This document shows positions 39,369-51,008 of a stretch of DNA of 64,000 nt, in pieces. A program made the position numbers and the translations under genes. Source of the DNA: an uncultured delta proteobacterium (GTDB lineage: Bacteria > Desulfobacterota > Desulfobacteria > Desulfobacterales > Desulfosalsimonadaceae); assembly GCA_963826785.1 (NCBI GenBank), contig CAWGYD010000009.1:6857-70856 (forward strand), written 5' to 3'. The first letter of the stretch is position 1; the number at the start of each line of letters is the position of its first letter. The notes under the pieces are model-generated. The model made no database searches and was not told the DNA's origin. It saw only the letters and a list, made by a program, of their open reading frames with translations.

Positions 39369-39707
39369 CTAATGGCTGCAGGAGCCCCCTTCTGAAGTGG
39401 ACCCGCAACCCGAGCATCCGCCGCCGCTGCCGCCCATATTCAGATTTGAACGGATCTGGAAACCCATTCCCTGATAATCGATGGTTACGGGCTGGGCCTG
39501 TTCCATCAGATCCTTGCTGGCAATGATCTGAAATCCATTAACATCAAATACCTCATCCGACTGTGTCGGCTCATCCAGAGCCAATGACAAAGACGGACCG
39601 CCTCACCCGGATTGGTTGAGGAACAAGCGGATCGGCTTGGTCTCCATCTTGTTGTCCTCAAAGAACTGATTGATTTTCTGCTGTGCAGAATCCGTTACTT
39701 CCAGCAT
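39369..39707 (-). CDS. HesB/IscA-like selenoprotein (in-frame UGA at 39603-39605 read as Sec)
   Basis: ATG 39707 preceded by GGAGG (39713-39717). Product: MLEVTDSAQQKINQFFEDNKMETKPIRLFLNQSG-U-GGPSLSLALDEPTQSDEVFDVNGF...GGGCSGCGSTSEGGSCSH, 112 codons including Sec. The ORF track shows only the part after the TGA. Confidence 0.75.
39566..39584 (-). promoter_or_regulatory. candidate bacterial SECIS hairpin
   Basis: Minus-strand RNA is UU-GGCUC-UGGAU-GAGCC-GA. The apical loop contains GG and starts 25 nt after the UGA. Confidence 0.45.
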
Positions 39708-39869
39708 GACTACCTCCAAAATAAAGATTTCGCGAAATTTACGCTATGATAAATAGTATTCATCATTGTTAATTCTGTCAACGGGGTGATTTGTTCCATG
39801 AACCTATAGCCCAAACCGGCTGGTTTAGTCCATCGTTTTTTCACGCGGCTTGCTTTTTATTTTAATTAT

Positions 39870-40394
39870 TTATTCGATAGATGAAAGGTATTGGCGATAT
39901 ATATCCAGATCCGAGGGCGAGAACAGCACGAAAATGACCTTTTCGATGGTTTCATTTCGGTTCAGGAAGTCCACTGTGGTGTCGATGGCGATCTTTGCGG
40001 CATCCCCTATGGGATACCCATAAATGCCGCAGCTGATGGCCGGAAAGGCCACAGATGCCACATGGTTCTCCACGGCGCGTTTCAGGCTGTTTTCATAGCA
40101 GCCGGCCAGCAGTTCGGCATCTGCCTTCCTGCCGCGATAAACCGGCCCCACGGTGTGGATGACAAATTCTGCGGGCAAATCGTAGCCCTTGGTGACCTTG
40201 GCCTCACCGGTCTCACATCCTCCCAGGGTGCGGCATTCCTCCAGCAGCCGGGGCCCGGCCGCACGGTGGATGGCGCCATCCACGCCGCCGCCGCCCAGCA
40301 GGGTCTTGTTTGCGGCATTCACGATGGCATCCACCGACAGCCGCGTGATATCCCCGAGCATCAGCTCGATGCGCGCTATGGCATTGCTGGACAT
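39870..40394 (-). CDS. macro-domain protein (O-acetyl-ADP-ribose deacetylase, YmdB-like)
   Basis: [34 protein letters not shown]...HTVGPVY...[13 protein letters not shown]. Confidence 0.9.
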   Translation of the reverse strand: MSSNAIARIELMLGDITRLSVDAIVNAANKTLLGGGGVDGAIHRAAGPRLLEECRTLGGCETGEAKVTKGYDLPAEFVIHTVGPVYRGRKADAELLAGCYENSLKRAVENHVASVAFPAISCGIYGYPIGDAAKIAIDTTVDFLNRNETIEKVIFVLFSPSDLDIYRQYLSSIE

Positions 40395-40551
40395 TGTCTC
40401 CTCCCCAAATCCACTTTTTGCATCCATGCAAATAGATGCAAATAATTCTTAAATTGACTTAACTATCGCCTTCTGGTATTTCCCGGTGCACTTAAAATAT
40501 ACATCCGATTGATTTAAATTCATCAAATTCATTATAGAAAGGAATCATTTT

Positions 40552-40965
40552 ATGCAAAGAACGCTATCGCTCATCAAACCGGACGGAGTTTCACGGGGGC
40601 TGATCGGAGAGGTGATCCGGCGGTTTGAAAAAAACGGCATCCGGATTGCGGCCATGAAAATGCTGCACTTGACCCGGGCACAGGCGGAAGGCTTTTATGC
40701 CGTGCACAAAAACCGGCCCTTTTTCCAGAGCCTGACCGAGTTCATGTGCTCCGGACCCATCGTCGCCATGATCCTGGAAGGGGAAAACGTGATCGAAAAA
40801 AACCGGACCCTGATGGGCGCCACCAATTACAAGGAAGCCGCCGAAGGAACCATCCGGGCCGATTTTGCCACGGATATCGAAAAAAATATCGTTCACGGCT
40901 CCGATGCGCCGGAAACTGCCGAATTCGAAATGAATTACTTCTTCAACCGCTTCGAAATCGTTTAG
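40552..40965 (+). CDS. ndk: nucleoside-diphosphate kinase
   Basis: [11 protein letters not shown]...NIVHGSDA. Confidence 0.97.
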   Translation: MQRTLSLIKPDGVSRGLIGEVIRRFEKNGIRIAAMKMLHLTRAQAEGFYAVHKNRPFFQSLTEFMCSGPIVAMILEGENVIEKNRTLMGATNYKEAAEGTIRADFATDIEKNIVHGSDAPETAEFEMNYFFNRFEIV

Positions 40966-40996
40966 ATTCAACCAACCTGCAGGGCAATATCCAAAC

Positions 40997-41042
40997 TCGC
41001 AGGGAGCGTAAAGTTCAAATTCTTTCTTTGCGCTCTTTGCGA
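40997..41042 (+). repeat. 17-bp hairpin of the TTGCG-repeat family (pairs fully only as plus-strand RNA)
   Basis: TCGCAGGGAGCGTAAAG-N12-CTTTGCGCTCTTTGCGA. Three positions are G-U on the plus strand and would be C-A on the minus strand. Confidence 0.5.
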
Positions 41043-41067
41043 GAAATCTCTTCCAACTTCCAACCGA

Positions 41068-42861
41068 TCAATCCTTGCTTTTTAAAACCGAAAGAAACGC
41101 GGACTGGGGTATCATGACCTCCCCCACCATCTTCATCCGCTTTTTGCCTTTCTTCTGCTTTTCCAGGAGTTTTCGCTTCCGGGTAATGTCCCCGCCATAG
41201 CACTTGGCCGTTACGTCCTTGCGAAAAGGGGAAATGGTTTTGCGCGCGATCACCTGGGCGCCGATTGTCCCCTGGACGGCGATCTTGAACATCTGGCGCG
41301 GAATCTCGTCTTTCAATTTGTCGCAGGCAAACCGGGCCCGCTCCACCGCTTTGTCCCGATGCAGGAGCATGGACAGGGCATCCACCCGTTCCCCGTTGAC
41401 CAGAAAATCCACCCGGACCAGGTCGGTATCCCGCATGTCGAGCATTTCATAATCGAAGGACCCGTATCCCTGGGTGACGGATTTGAGCTTGTCGTAAAAA
41501 TCGTAAACGACTTCGGCCAGGGGCAGTTCGAAAACCATTTCCATGCGGTCGCGGGTCAGGTACTGGTAGTTGCGGTTGATGCCGCGCCGCTCCAGGCAGA
41601 GCGTCATCACCGCGCCCATATAGCGGTCCGGGATGATGATGGAGGCCTTGATGAAGGGTTCCTGGGATTTGGCGATGGTGGTGGGTTCGGGATACAGGGC
41701 CGGGTTGTCGATCCGAACCACAGTGCCGTCATTGAGTTCGATGCGGTACTCCACCGACGGGGCGGTGATGATCAGGGAAAGATCATATTCACGTTCCAGC
41801 CGCTCCTGCACCACTTCCAGATGCAAAAGCCCTAAAAAACCGCACCTGAAGCCAAACCCCAGGGCCACGGATGAATCCTTTTCATACACCAGGGATGCGT
41901 CATTTAAGGTGAGTTTCTCCAGCGCCAGGGCCAGATCCGGGTAATCATCAGTGGAGACCGGATACAAAGACGAGAATACCACCGGCTTGCTGATCTTGAA
42001 ACCCGGCAGTGCCTTGTCGCAGGGTCGGCTTTTCAAGGTGATGGTGTCGCCGATCCGGGTATCGCTGACGGTTTTGATGCCCGCGATCATGTACCCCACC
42101 CGTCCGGCGGCCAGTTCTTTCTGGGGCATCCGCTTGATCTGGAGGATGCCGACTTCCTCCACCCCGTATACCGCCCGGTTGGACATGAACATGATTTCAT
42201 CTCCGGGCCTGAGCGTGCCTTCGAATACCCGGCAATAGATGATGGTTCCCCGGTAGGGATCATAGTGGGAATCGAATATCAGCGCCTTCAAGGGGGCACC
42301 AACATCCCCTTTGGGCGGCGGCAGCTTGGTCACCACGGCTTCCAGGACCTCGTCGATGCCGATCCATTCCTTGGCGGAACACAGGATGGCGCTCTCCGGG
42401 TCCAGTCCGAGATCGTCGGCGATCTGCTCCTGCACCATCTCGATTTCAGCGGATGGCAGATCGATCTTGTTGATCACCGGGATGATTTCCAGATCATGCT
42501 CCAGGGCCAAATACATGTTGGCGATGGTCTGGGCCTCTACGCCCTGGCTGGCGTCGATCACCAGCAGAGCCCCCTCGCAGGACGCCAGGGCGCGGGAAAC
42601 CTCATAGCTGAAATCCACGTGCCCCGGTGTGTCGATGAGGTTGAGCCAGTACTGTTTGCCGTCGGCCGCGGTATAGGGGAGGCAGATGGTCTGGCTCTTG
42701 ATGGTGATTCCCCGCTCCCGTTCGATATCCATGGAATCGAGCATCTGATTTTTGAAATCCCGTGCGGAAACGATATCCGTCTTCTGGATCAGCCGGTCTG
42801 AAAGGGTCGACTTGCCATGGTCGATATGTGCGATGATGCTGAAATTGCGTATATTTTTCAT
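41068..42861 (-). CDS. lepA: elongation factor 4
   Basis: IRNFSIIAHIDHGKSTLSDRL...DTPGHVDF, 597 aa. Confidence 0.97.
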   Translation of the reverse strand: MKNIRNFSIIAHIDHGKSTLSDRLIQKTDIVSARDFKNQMLDSMDIERERGITIKSQTICLPYTAADGKQYWLNLIDTPGHVDFSYEVSRALASCEGALLVIDASQGVEAQTIANMYLALEHDLEIIPVINKIDLPSAEIEMVQEQIADDLGLDPESAILCSAKEWIGIDEVLEAVVTKLPPPKGDVGAPLKALIFDSHYDPYRGTIIYCRVFEGTLRPGDEIMFMSNRAVYGVEEVGILQIKRMPQKELAAGRVGYMIAGIKTVSDTRIGDTITLKSRPCDKALPGFKISKPVVFSSLYPVSTDDYPDLALALEKLTLNDASLVYEKDSSVALGFGFRCGFLGLLHLEVVQERLEREYDLSLIITAPSVEYRIELNDGTVVRIDNPALYPEPTTIAKSQEPFIKASIIIPDRYMGAVMTLCLERRGINRNYQYLTRDRMEMVFELPLAEVVYDFYDKLKSVTQGYGSFDYEMLDMRDTDLVRVDFLVNGERVDALSMLLHRDKAVERARFACDKLKDEIPRQMFKIAVQGTIGAQVIARKTISPFRKDVTAKCYGGDITRKRKLLEKQKKGKKRMKMVGEVMIPQSAFLSVLKSKD

Positions 42862-43004
42862 TGAATGCGCGTTTGTGCCTGCCGGATTATTGAATTGAAA
42901 TTCTAAATACAGGTAAAAGCAAATTGACTTGTGTCAAGTCCCTATGCTACGTCTGTAATTGCCTTTTTTGTGAAAAGACGCCTATTTATCAGGAATATGG
43001 GCGC

Positions 43005-43961
43005 ATGTCAACATATGTGAACGATGCGAAAGGAATAAATTCCGGGACCATGACCGCACAGATTCTGATCGTTGATGATGACACGGGCGTCCGCAGCGCC
43101 ATGGAAGAGTTCCTGTCCATGTTCGATTACACCACCCATACCGCCGGCAGCGCCGAGGCGGCCCTCGAGTTTCTCAAAACCCGGTCCGTGGACGTGATCA
43201 TCACCGATATCATTCTTAACGGCATGGATGGCCTGGAAATGACCCGGCGGGTCAAGGAACACTATGACACGGATGTCATCGTGGTCACCGGTTACACCGC
43301 CGAATACTCCTATGAAGAAGCCGTCAGCAAGGGGGCCGATGATTTTATCTTCAAGCCCTTGAAATTCGAAGAGCTTCTCCTGAGGCTCAAGCGGGTGCTC
43401 CGGGAGCGGGAACTCACCCGGGAGCGGTCCCAGATGCTGGAAAAGTTAAGGCAGATGGCCATCACCGACGATCTCACGCAGCTTTACAATTCCAGGCATT
43501 TCTACGATCAGCTGCAGCAGGAAATCAGCCGGTTTGACCGGTACCACCATTGCATTTCGCTCCTGCTCATCGATATCGACCATTTCAAATATTTCAATGA
43601 CAGTTACGGGCATCTGGAAGGCGACCGCATTCTTCACCAGATGGGAGGACTGATCACCTCGTGCCTTCGGAAAATGGATACCGCCTATCGTTACGGTGGC
43701 GAGGAATTCACGGTGATCCTTCCGGAGACCCCCTGCGATGCGGCATACAAGGTCGCAGAACGGATCCATGAAACCGTCGGCCAGCAGCTTTTTGATTCGG
43801 TCAACGGCGATCGCATCACCGTGAGCATCGGCGTGACGGAATACCAGCCCGGTGAATCCATGAATGAATTCATCAAACGGGCGGATCAGGCCATGTATAT
43901 CGCCAAGGGAAAGGGCCGCAACCGGATCTCTTCTCTTTTACCGGATCAACCCCAGGGCTGA
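43005..43961 (+). CDS. response regulator with GGDEF diguanylate cyclase domain
   Basis: REC domain: ILIVDDD...VIITDIILNGMDG. Cyclase domain: RYGGEEF. Confidence 0.9.
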   Translation: MSTYVNDAKGINSGTMTAQILIVDDDTGVRSAMEEFLSMFDYTTHTAGSAEAALEFLKTRSVDVIITDIILNGMDGLEMTRRVKEHYDTDVIVVTGYTAEYSYEEAVSKGADDFIFKPLKFEELLLRLKRVLRERELTRERSQMLEKLRQMAITDDLTQLYNSRHFYDQLQQEISRFDRYHHCISLLLIDIDHFKYFNDSYGHLEGDRILHQMGGLITSCLRKMDTAYRYGGEEFTVILPETPCDAAYKVAERIHETVGQQLFDSVNGDRITVSIGVTEYQPGESMNEFIKRADQAMYIAKGKGRNRISSLLPDQPQG

Positions 43962-44927
43962 TCGATTTTCACCTTCAAAAACAGATCCCCTTTTTCTCCC
44001 CCGGGTATTGTACGGCCCAGCCCTTTCAATCTCAGCACATTGCCTTCACGGGTTCCTGAAGGCACCACGATGTTATAGGATCGGTTGTAGAATCCCCATG
44101 GAATGGTGACCATCTTTCGGGTGCCTGCCCTGGCCTCATAAGGCGTGATCCGAAGGACATCGTACATATGAACCTCATCCGAAACGCCGGCGGGCCGAAG
44201 CACCTGGAGCCGTTCGGTTCGTTTCCGAGCGATCCCCGGACGCTTGTGAGCCCCGGCTGCGGGCTCCGATTTTACCCGGAACGCCTTTAGCGCAATCACT
44301 CCGAATAAGAACCCCCCGATGTGCGCCCACCAGGCGATTCCACTGGCAAACGCCTGGCCGATGCCGGCATTGGCCAGCTGAAATACGAACCAGAAACCCC
44401 AGGAAGAAGAAGGCCGGAATTTCAATGATCCAGGGGATGATGATGATGGGAATGAGCGTGAGGATCCGGGCGTTGGGAAACAGCACCAGATAGGCGCCCA
44501 TCACCCCGGCGATGGCACCGCTGGCGCCGATGGTTGGCATGGCGGAATTAATATTGACCAACAGGTGGCACAAACCCGATATCAAACCGGCGGCCAGGTA
44601 GAACGCCAGGTAATAAGAAGAGCCGAGCCGGTCTTCGACGTTGTCCCCGAAAATGTATAAAAACCACATATTCCCCAGAAGATGCCAGAATCCGCCGTGA
44701 AGGAACATGAAGGAAACCAGGGAAAACAGCTGCTGTCCCAGGGTGAAATGGGCGGCATAAAACGGCACCGAATACCGGGCCGGTACCAGGCCGTAGGTGA
44801 ATATGAACTGCTCGAGATGCGGCCCCTGGGCCATCTGCAGCAGGTAAACCGCAACATTGATGCCGATGAGGGTCATATTGACCACCGGGTAATTCCGGGA
44901 AGGAACGGTATCGCGCAGTGGTATCAT
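43946..44927 (-). CDS. rhomboid intramembrane serine protease with DnaJ-C-like C-terminal domain, reading frame broken once near 44397-44400
   Basis: HGGFWHLLGNMWFL...GASGAIAG (catalytic Ser) in ORF 44175..44927. WAHIGGFLFG (catalytic His) and GEKGDLFLKVKI lie in ORF 43946..44425. Confidence 0.85.
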
Positions 44928-45779
44928 TTATATGTGCAGGGGCTTGATCTTCATGCTGATGTCCACAGAAACGGCGCTATGGGTCAGGGCCCCCACGGAA
45001 ATAATATCGATGCCGGTATCGGCCAGCAGGGGCAGATCTTCCATTTTCACCTGACCGGAAACTTCAACCAGGGATTTGCCGCCGATAATGCCCACCGCCG
45101 TGCGGATCAGGTCCGGCCCCATATTATCGAGCATGATCACATCCGCACCCGCCGAAAGGGCCTGGCGCACTTCCTCCAGACTCGATGCCTCGATCTCGAT
45201 CTTCAACAGATGCGACACCCGGCTGCGGATCGCCTCGATGGCCGGGTGGATGCCGCCGAAAGCGGCAATGTGGTTATCCTTGATCAGCACGCCATCAAAA
45301 AGCCCCATACGGTGGTTATGCGCACCGCCCGCGCGCACAGCATACTTTTCCAGCATCCGCCATCCCGGGATGGTCTTTCGCGTGTCCACCAGCCGCACGG
45401 AACTGTTTTTCAGGGCGTTGGCATATTTTCTGACATTCGATGCAATCCCGGACAGACGCTGAAGAAAATTCAATCCTGTCCGCTCACCGGTCAGCAGGGC
45501 GCCCATGCGGCTGGAAACCTCTGCGATCACGGTTCCGGCCTGAACCGCTTCGCCGTCATGAAAGCTTGAATAAAATACCGCATGGGGATCGAGTTTTTCA
45601 AAGACGCGCCGTATGACCGGAAGCCCTGCGATGACCAGGTCCGCCTTGGCCAGTATCTTTCCTTTACCCGGGTCCCCCAGGTTGGGAAGAAACCCCGTGG
45701 TCACGTCGCCGGGACCGATATCTTCTTCGAAGGCCAGTTCGATCAGGTGGTCGATGACAAAGGGGTTGAGTTGATCCAT
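44928..45779 (-). CDS. nadC: nicotinate-nucleotide diphosphorylase (carboxylating)
   Basis: EDIGPGDVTT...LLTGERTGLNFLQRLSGIA...DTRKT.PG...MLDN. Confidence 0.93.
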   Translation of the reverse strand: MDQLNPFVIDHLIELAFEEDIGPGDVTTGFLPNLGDPGKGKILAKADLVIAGLPVIRRVFEKLDPHAVFYSSFHDGEAVQAGTVIAEVSSRMGALLTGERTGLNFLQRLSGIASNVRKYANALKNSSVRLVDTRKTIPGWRMLEKYAVRAGGAHNHRMGLFDGVLIKDNHIAAFGGIHPAIEAIRSRVSHLLKIEIEASSLEEVRQALSAGADVIMLDNMGPDLIRTAVGIIGGKSLVEVSGQVKMEDLPLLADTGIDIISVGALTHSAVSVDISMKIKPLHI

Positions 45780-45796
45780 GATATAATTTTCCGCCT

Positions 45797-48466
<2,670 letters not shown>

Positions 48467-48634
48467 TTTCATCGTCCTTTGAGTGTCGATCCTTATATGA
48501 ATAATTCGGAATGGTTCAGCAGACAACCGATCCTTCGGAGATTAAGATCAAAAAAATGGGGATTAACACGTAACCCCCATTTCTGCAATTCTTCTTCCGG
48601 AAAAAATTCCGCCGGATATACGATTGTATGAAAA

Positions 48635-49255
48635 CTATTTTTTCAATGCGGAAATAATGATCTCCTTGAGACGGCCGACTTCTGCGGTCACCGCTTTTTC
48701 GACCATCTCCTCAATCATGTGGTTAATCTGGTCGGTGTACATGTGACGGATGGCCCTTTCAACCGCTTGGTCCATATCGGGAGATACCGGCGCCGGCGTT
48801 TCGGGCCGGGCGGGTTGACCATCATCGGAAAATACGGCCTGCGGCGCTTTCTTCAGGCCGGGAGCGTCTTCATCTTCCGGACCGAAATAATCGTCGAGTT
48901 CACGGGAAAGTTCTTCCTCCATATCATCGTCAGGAGGCAGGGATTCATCACCTGATGAATCAGAATCGGTGGAGGATCTTTCGGCAATGGGGGGGGCGGA
49001 TTTTTCATCGTGGGACAGATCGAGCATATGGTGATCATCGGATTCTTCCACCGTGACGCCGGAAATTCCGTTCATGGCCTCGTCGATCAACTCCTCAGTG
49101 AGTTCGATGATCGCCTCATCTTCCTGGGTGGTGCCGATGGCGATATCCGAAAGCTCGATAACCTCGTTTTCTTCACGGGCGACTTCCCCCTGCCCTTCTG
49201 CTTCGGATGGTTTCGTCTCCGCATCTGCCCGGCTATTTTCCTGATAATCGGTCAT
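48635..49255 (-). CDS. hypothetical highly acidic protein (206 aa)
   Basis: ORF is co-directional with valS and sits behind a promoter-like site. D/E-rich body with an amphipathic C-terminal ~45 aa. No family recognised. Confidence 0.6.
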   Translation of the reverse strand: MTDYQENSRADAETKPSEAEGQGEVAREENEVIELSDIAIGTTQEDEAIIELTEELIDEAMNGISGVTVEESDDHHMLDLSHDEKSAPPIAERSSTDSDSSGDESLPPDDDMEEELSRELDDYFGPEDEDAPGLKKAPQAVFSDDGQPARPETPAPVSPDMDQAVERAIRHMYTDQINHMIEEMVEKAVTAEVGRLKEIIISALKK

Positions 49256-49327
49256 TTAGATTCGGCCCCCTGTTTCATAGATTCATTTCGGTTCAAAGAT
49301 CATGAATTTTTGAGATATTTCGGTATT

Positions 49328-49357
49328 TTTCTATCACGGGGGACACTGTGGTGTCAA
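49328..49357 (-). promoter_or_regulatory. sigma70-type promoter for the acidic-protein/valS unit
   Basis: Minus strand TAATTTCCTTGACAC, the same 15-mer as upstream of ileS, then about 18 nt and TAGAAA. Confidence 0.3.
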
Positions 49358-49462
49358 GGAAATTACACCCATTTTACCCCCTGCAGGCAACCGGGTGCTG
49401 CTATTTGCATAAAAGACGCAAATTGGAATTGATTTCAGCGGGGTAGTTTTTTAAGATAGGGC

Positions 49463-50200
49463 ATGACACTGCGCAGATTCTACATCGACCCCGAAGCGAT
49501 CAAATCGGCCGCACCCGCGGTTGTCGGCCCGGATGCCCGCCATATCACCACCGTGCTGCGCCTGAAAAGAGATGACCGCATCCTCCTTCTTGACGGAACG
49601 GGATCGATGTATGAGGCCAGAATCACCAGCCTTTCAAATGAACGGGTGGAGGTCTGTGTTATCCGCACCTGCGGCGGTGAAGCCGAATCGCCGATTCGGA
49701 TCATCGTGGGGCAGGGTTTTTTAAAAGACAAGAAAATGGACCTGCTGGTGCGGCATTTGACTGAAATCGGCATATCTGCATGGATTCCGGTGTTTACCCG
49801 AAATGCCATCCCCCGTCCGGATGGAAAACGCCTGGCATCGCGTGTCGAGAGATGGAAAACCATCGCCATGGAAGCGGCCAAACAGTGCCGACGCAGCCGG
49901 CCGCCCGATATCTCTGATCCGATTTCTTTTGACGACCTGTTGAAAATCGACGCGGACATCAAAATCGTGTTCTGGGAGAACGAGACCGGACGATGGATGG
50001 AAAAGCCCCCTGCCCGCCAGGAAAACGCATCCATCCTGATGCTGCTGGGCCCCGAAGGCGGATTCACTGAGGACGAGATAAAAAAGGCCAAAGGGGCCGG
50101 GTTTGCCACTGCATCCCTCGGACCCCGGATTTTGAGAGCGGAAACAGCCGCGATTGCCGCCGCCGCATTGATACAGCACCACTATGGCGACATGGGATAA
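49463..50200 (+). CDS. rsmE: 16S rRNA (uracil1498-N3)-methyltransferase
   Basis: RRFYIDPE...HITTVLRLK...LLGPEGGFTEDE...LGPRILRAETA. Confidence 0.9.
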   Translation: MTLRRFYIDPEAIKSAAPAVVGPDARHITTVLRLKRDDRILLLDGTGSMYEARITSLSNERVEVCVIRTCGGEAESPIRIIVGQGFLKDKKMDLLVRHLTEIGISAWIPVFTRNAIPRPDGKRLASRVERWKTIAMEAAKQCRRSRPPDISDPISFDDLLKIDADIKIVFWENETGRWMEKPPARQENASILMLLGPEGGFTEDEIKKAKGAGFATASLGPRILRAETAAIAAAALIQHHYGDMG

Positions 50201-50228
50201 ACATGTCGGAAACGATCTATAGAAGTCA

Positions 50229-50273
50229 AAAAGCATAAAAGGCGGCCTTTTTAGGGCCGCCTTTTATGCTTTT
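50229..50273. terminator. bidirectional terminator hairpin (19-bp stem)
   Basis: AAAAGCATAAAAGGCGGCC-N7-GGCCGCCTTTTATGCTTTT. Confidence 0.65.
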
Positions 50274-50284
50274 TAAATATAAAG

Positions 50285-50357
50285 TGCCGGGGGACAGAAT
50301 CGAACTGCCGACACGGGGATTTTCAGTCCCCTGCTCTACCGACTGAGCTACCCCGGC
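50285..50357 (-). tRNA. tRNA-Phe (GAA)
   Basis: Minus strand GCCGGGGTAGCTCAGTCGGTAGAGCAGGGGACTGAAAATCCCCGTGTCGGCAGTTCGATTCTGTCCCCCGGCA. Folds as a full cloverleaf with anticodon loop CTGAAAA. CCA is not encoded. Confidence 0.95.
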
Positions 50358-50484
50358 ATAATTTCTGGATTAATTCCCTGCTGCTATATGCTGCATAGCA
50401 ATAGTCAAAAACCAAACCCAAGATCAAAAACGTTGCCGACCTAATAAAATCAGTAACTTACAAAGTTGCTGAAAGTTATTCTTA

Positions 50485-50512
50485 ACTATAATTTTCTGGC
50501 TATTCTTGTCAA
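50485..50512 (-). promoter_or_regulatory. sigma70-type promoter upstream of tRNA-Phe
   Basis: Minus strand CTTGACA-N16-TATAGT, about 120 nt upstream of the mature 5' end. Confidence 0.35.
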
Positions 50513-50555
50513 GCGGTTTTTCGCTGATTGAAAATTTTTCCAAAAGCGGTTGATT

Positions 50556-50804
50556 TCAATACCCGCCGCGCTTGGCTTTTTGAGGGCCTACGGCATTGTT
50601 GCATTTGGGGCACCGGCCGGCATGCACGCTCACCATTCCCTGCCATCCGCACAGGTCACACTGAGCGGCCCGGGTGTAGGCACTGCTTTTTCCTTTGAAC
50701 AGGAATTTACGGACATTTTTCCAGATAAAACCGGCCGCCGCCGCAACAATGACGATCATAACAACGTCGTATACCGTAAAATCTCCGAAAACGATTGTCT
50801 CCAT
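50556..50804 (-). CDS. hypothetical small membrane-anchored zinc-ribbon protein (82 aa)
   Basis: GGGGAG before ATG 50804. One TM helix, then CDLCGW...CPKCNN. Confidence 0.5.
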   Translation of the reverse strand: METIVFGDFTVYDVVMIVIVAAAAGFIWKNVRKFLFKGKSSAYTRAAQCDLCGWQGMVSVHAGRCPKCNNAVGPQKAKRGGY

Positions 50805-51008
50805 GATCGACTCCCCATCTTTAAATATGAAAATGTCCGACTTGGAACTCGGATTTGAATACCACAAAGAGGTCTTCTGTGTCTACTTCCTTTAAAGGCG
50901 TTGACGCAGTCCCGATTTTAATATAGATATTTACAGATCTGATCAGTAAAAAAGAAACGGAAATCTCGGAAAAAATACGGCAGGAAAAGACAAATGGAGG
51001 ACTGGCGC

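Noticed and set aside
50201-50560. tRNA-Phe as an integration site for a genomic island or prophage
   Set aside because: No integrase is adjacent. I saw no direct repeat of the tRNA 3' end nearby. The flanking genes (rsmE and small conserved-looking proteins) show no sign of foreign origin.
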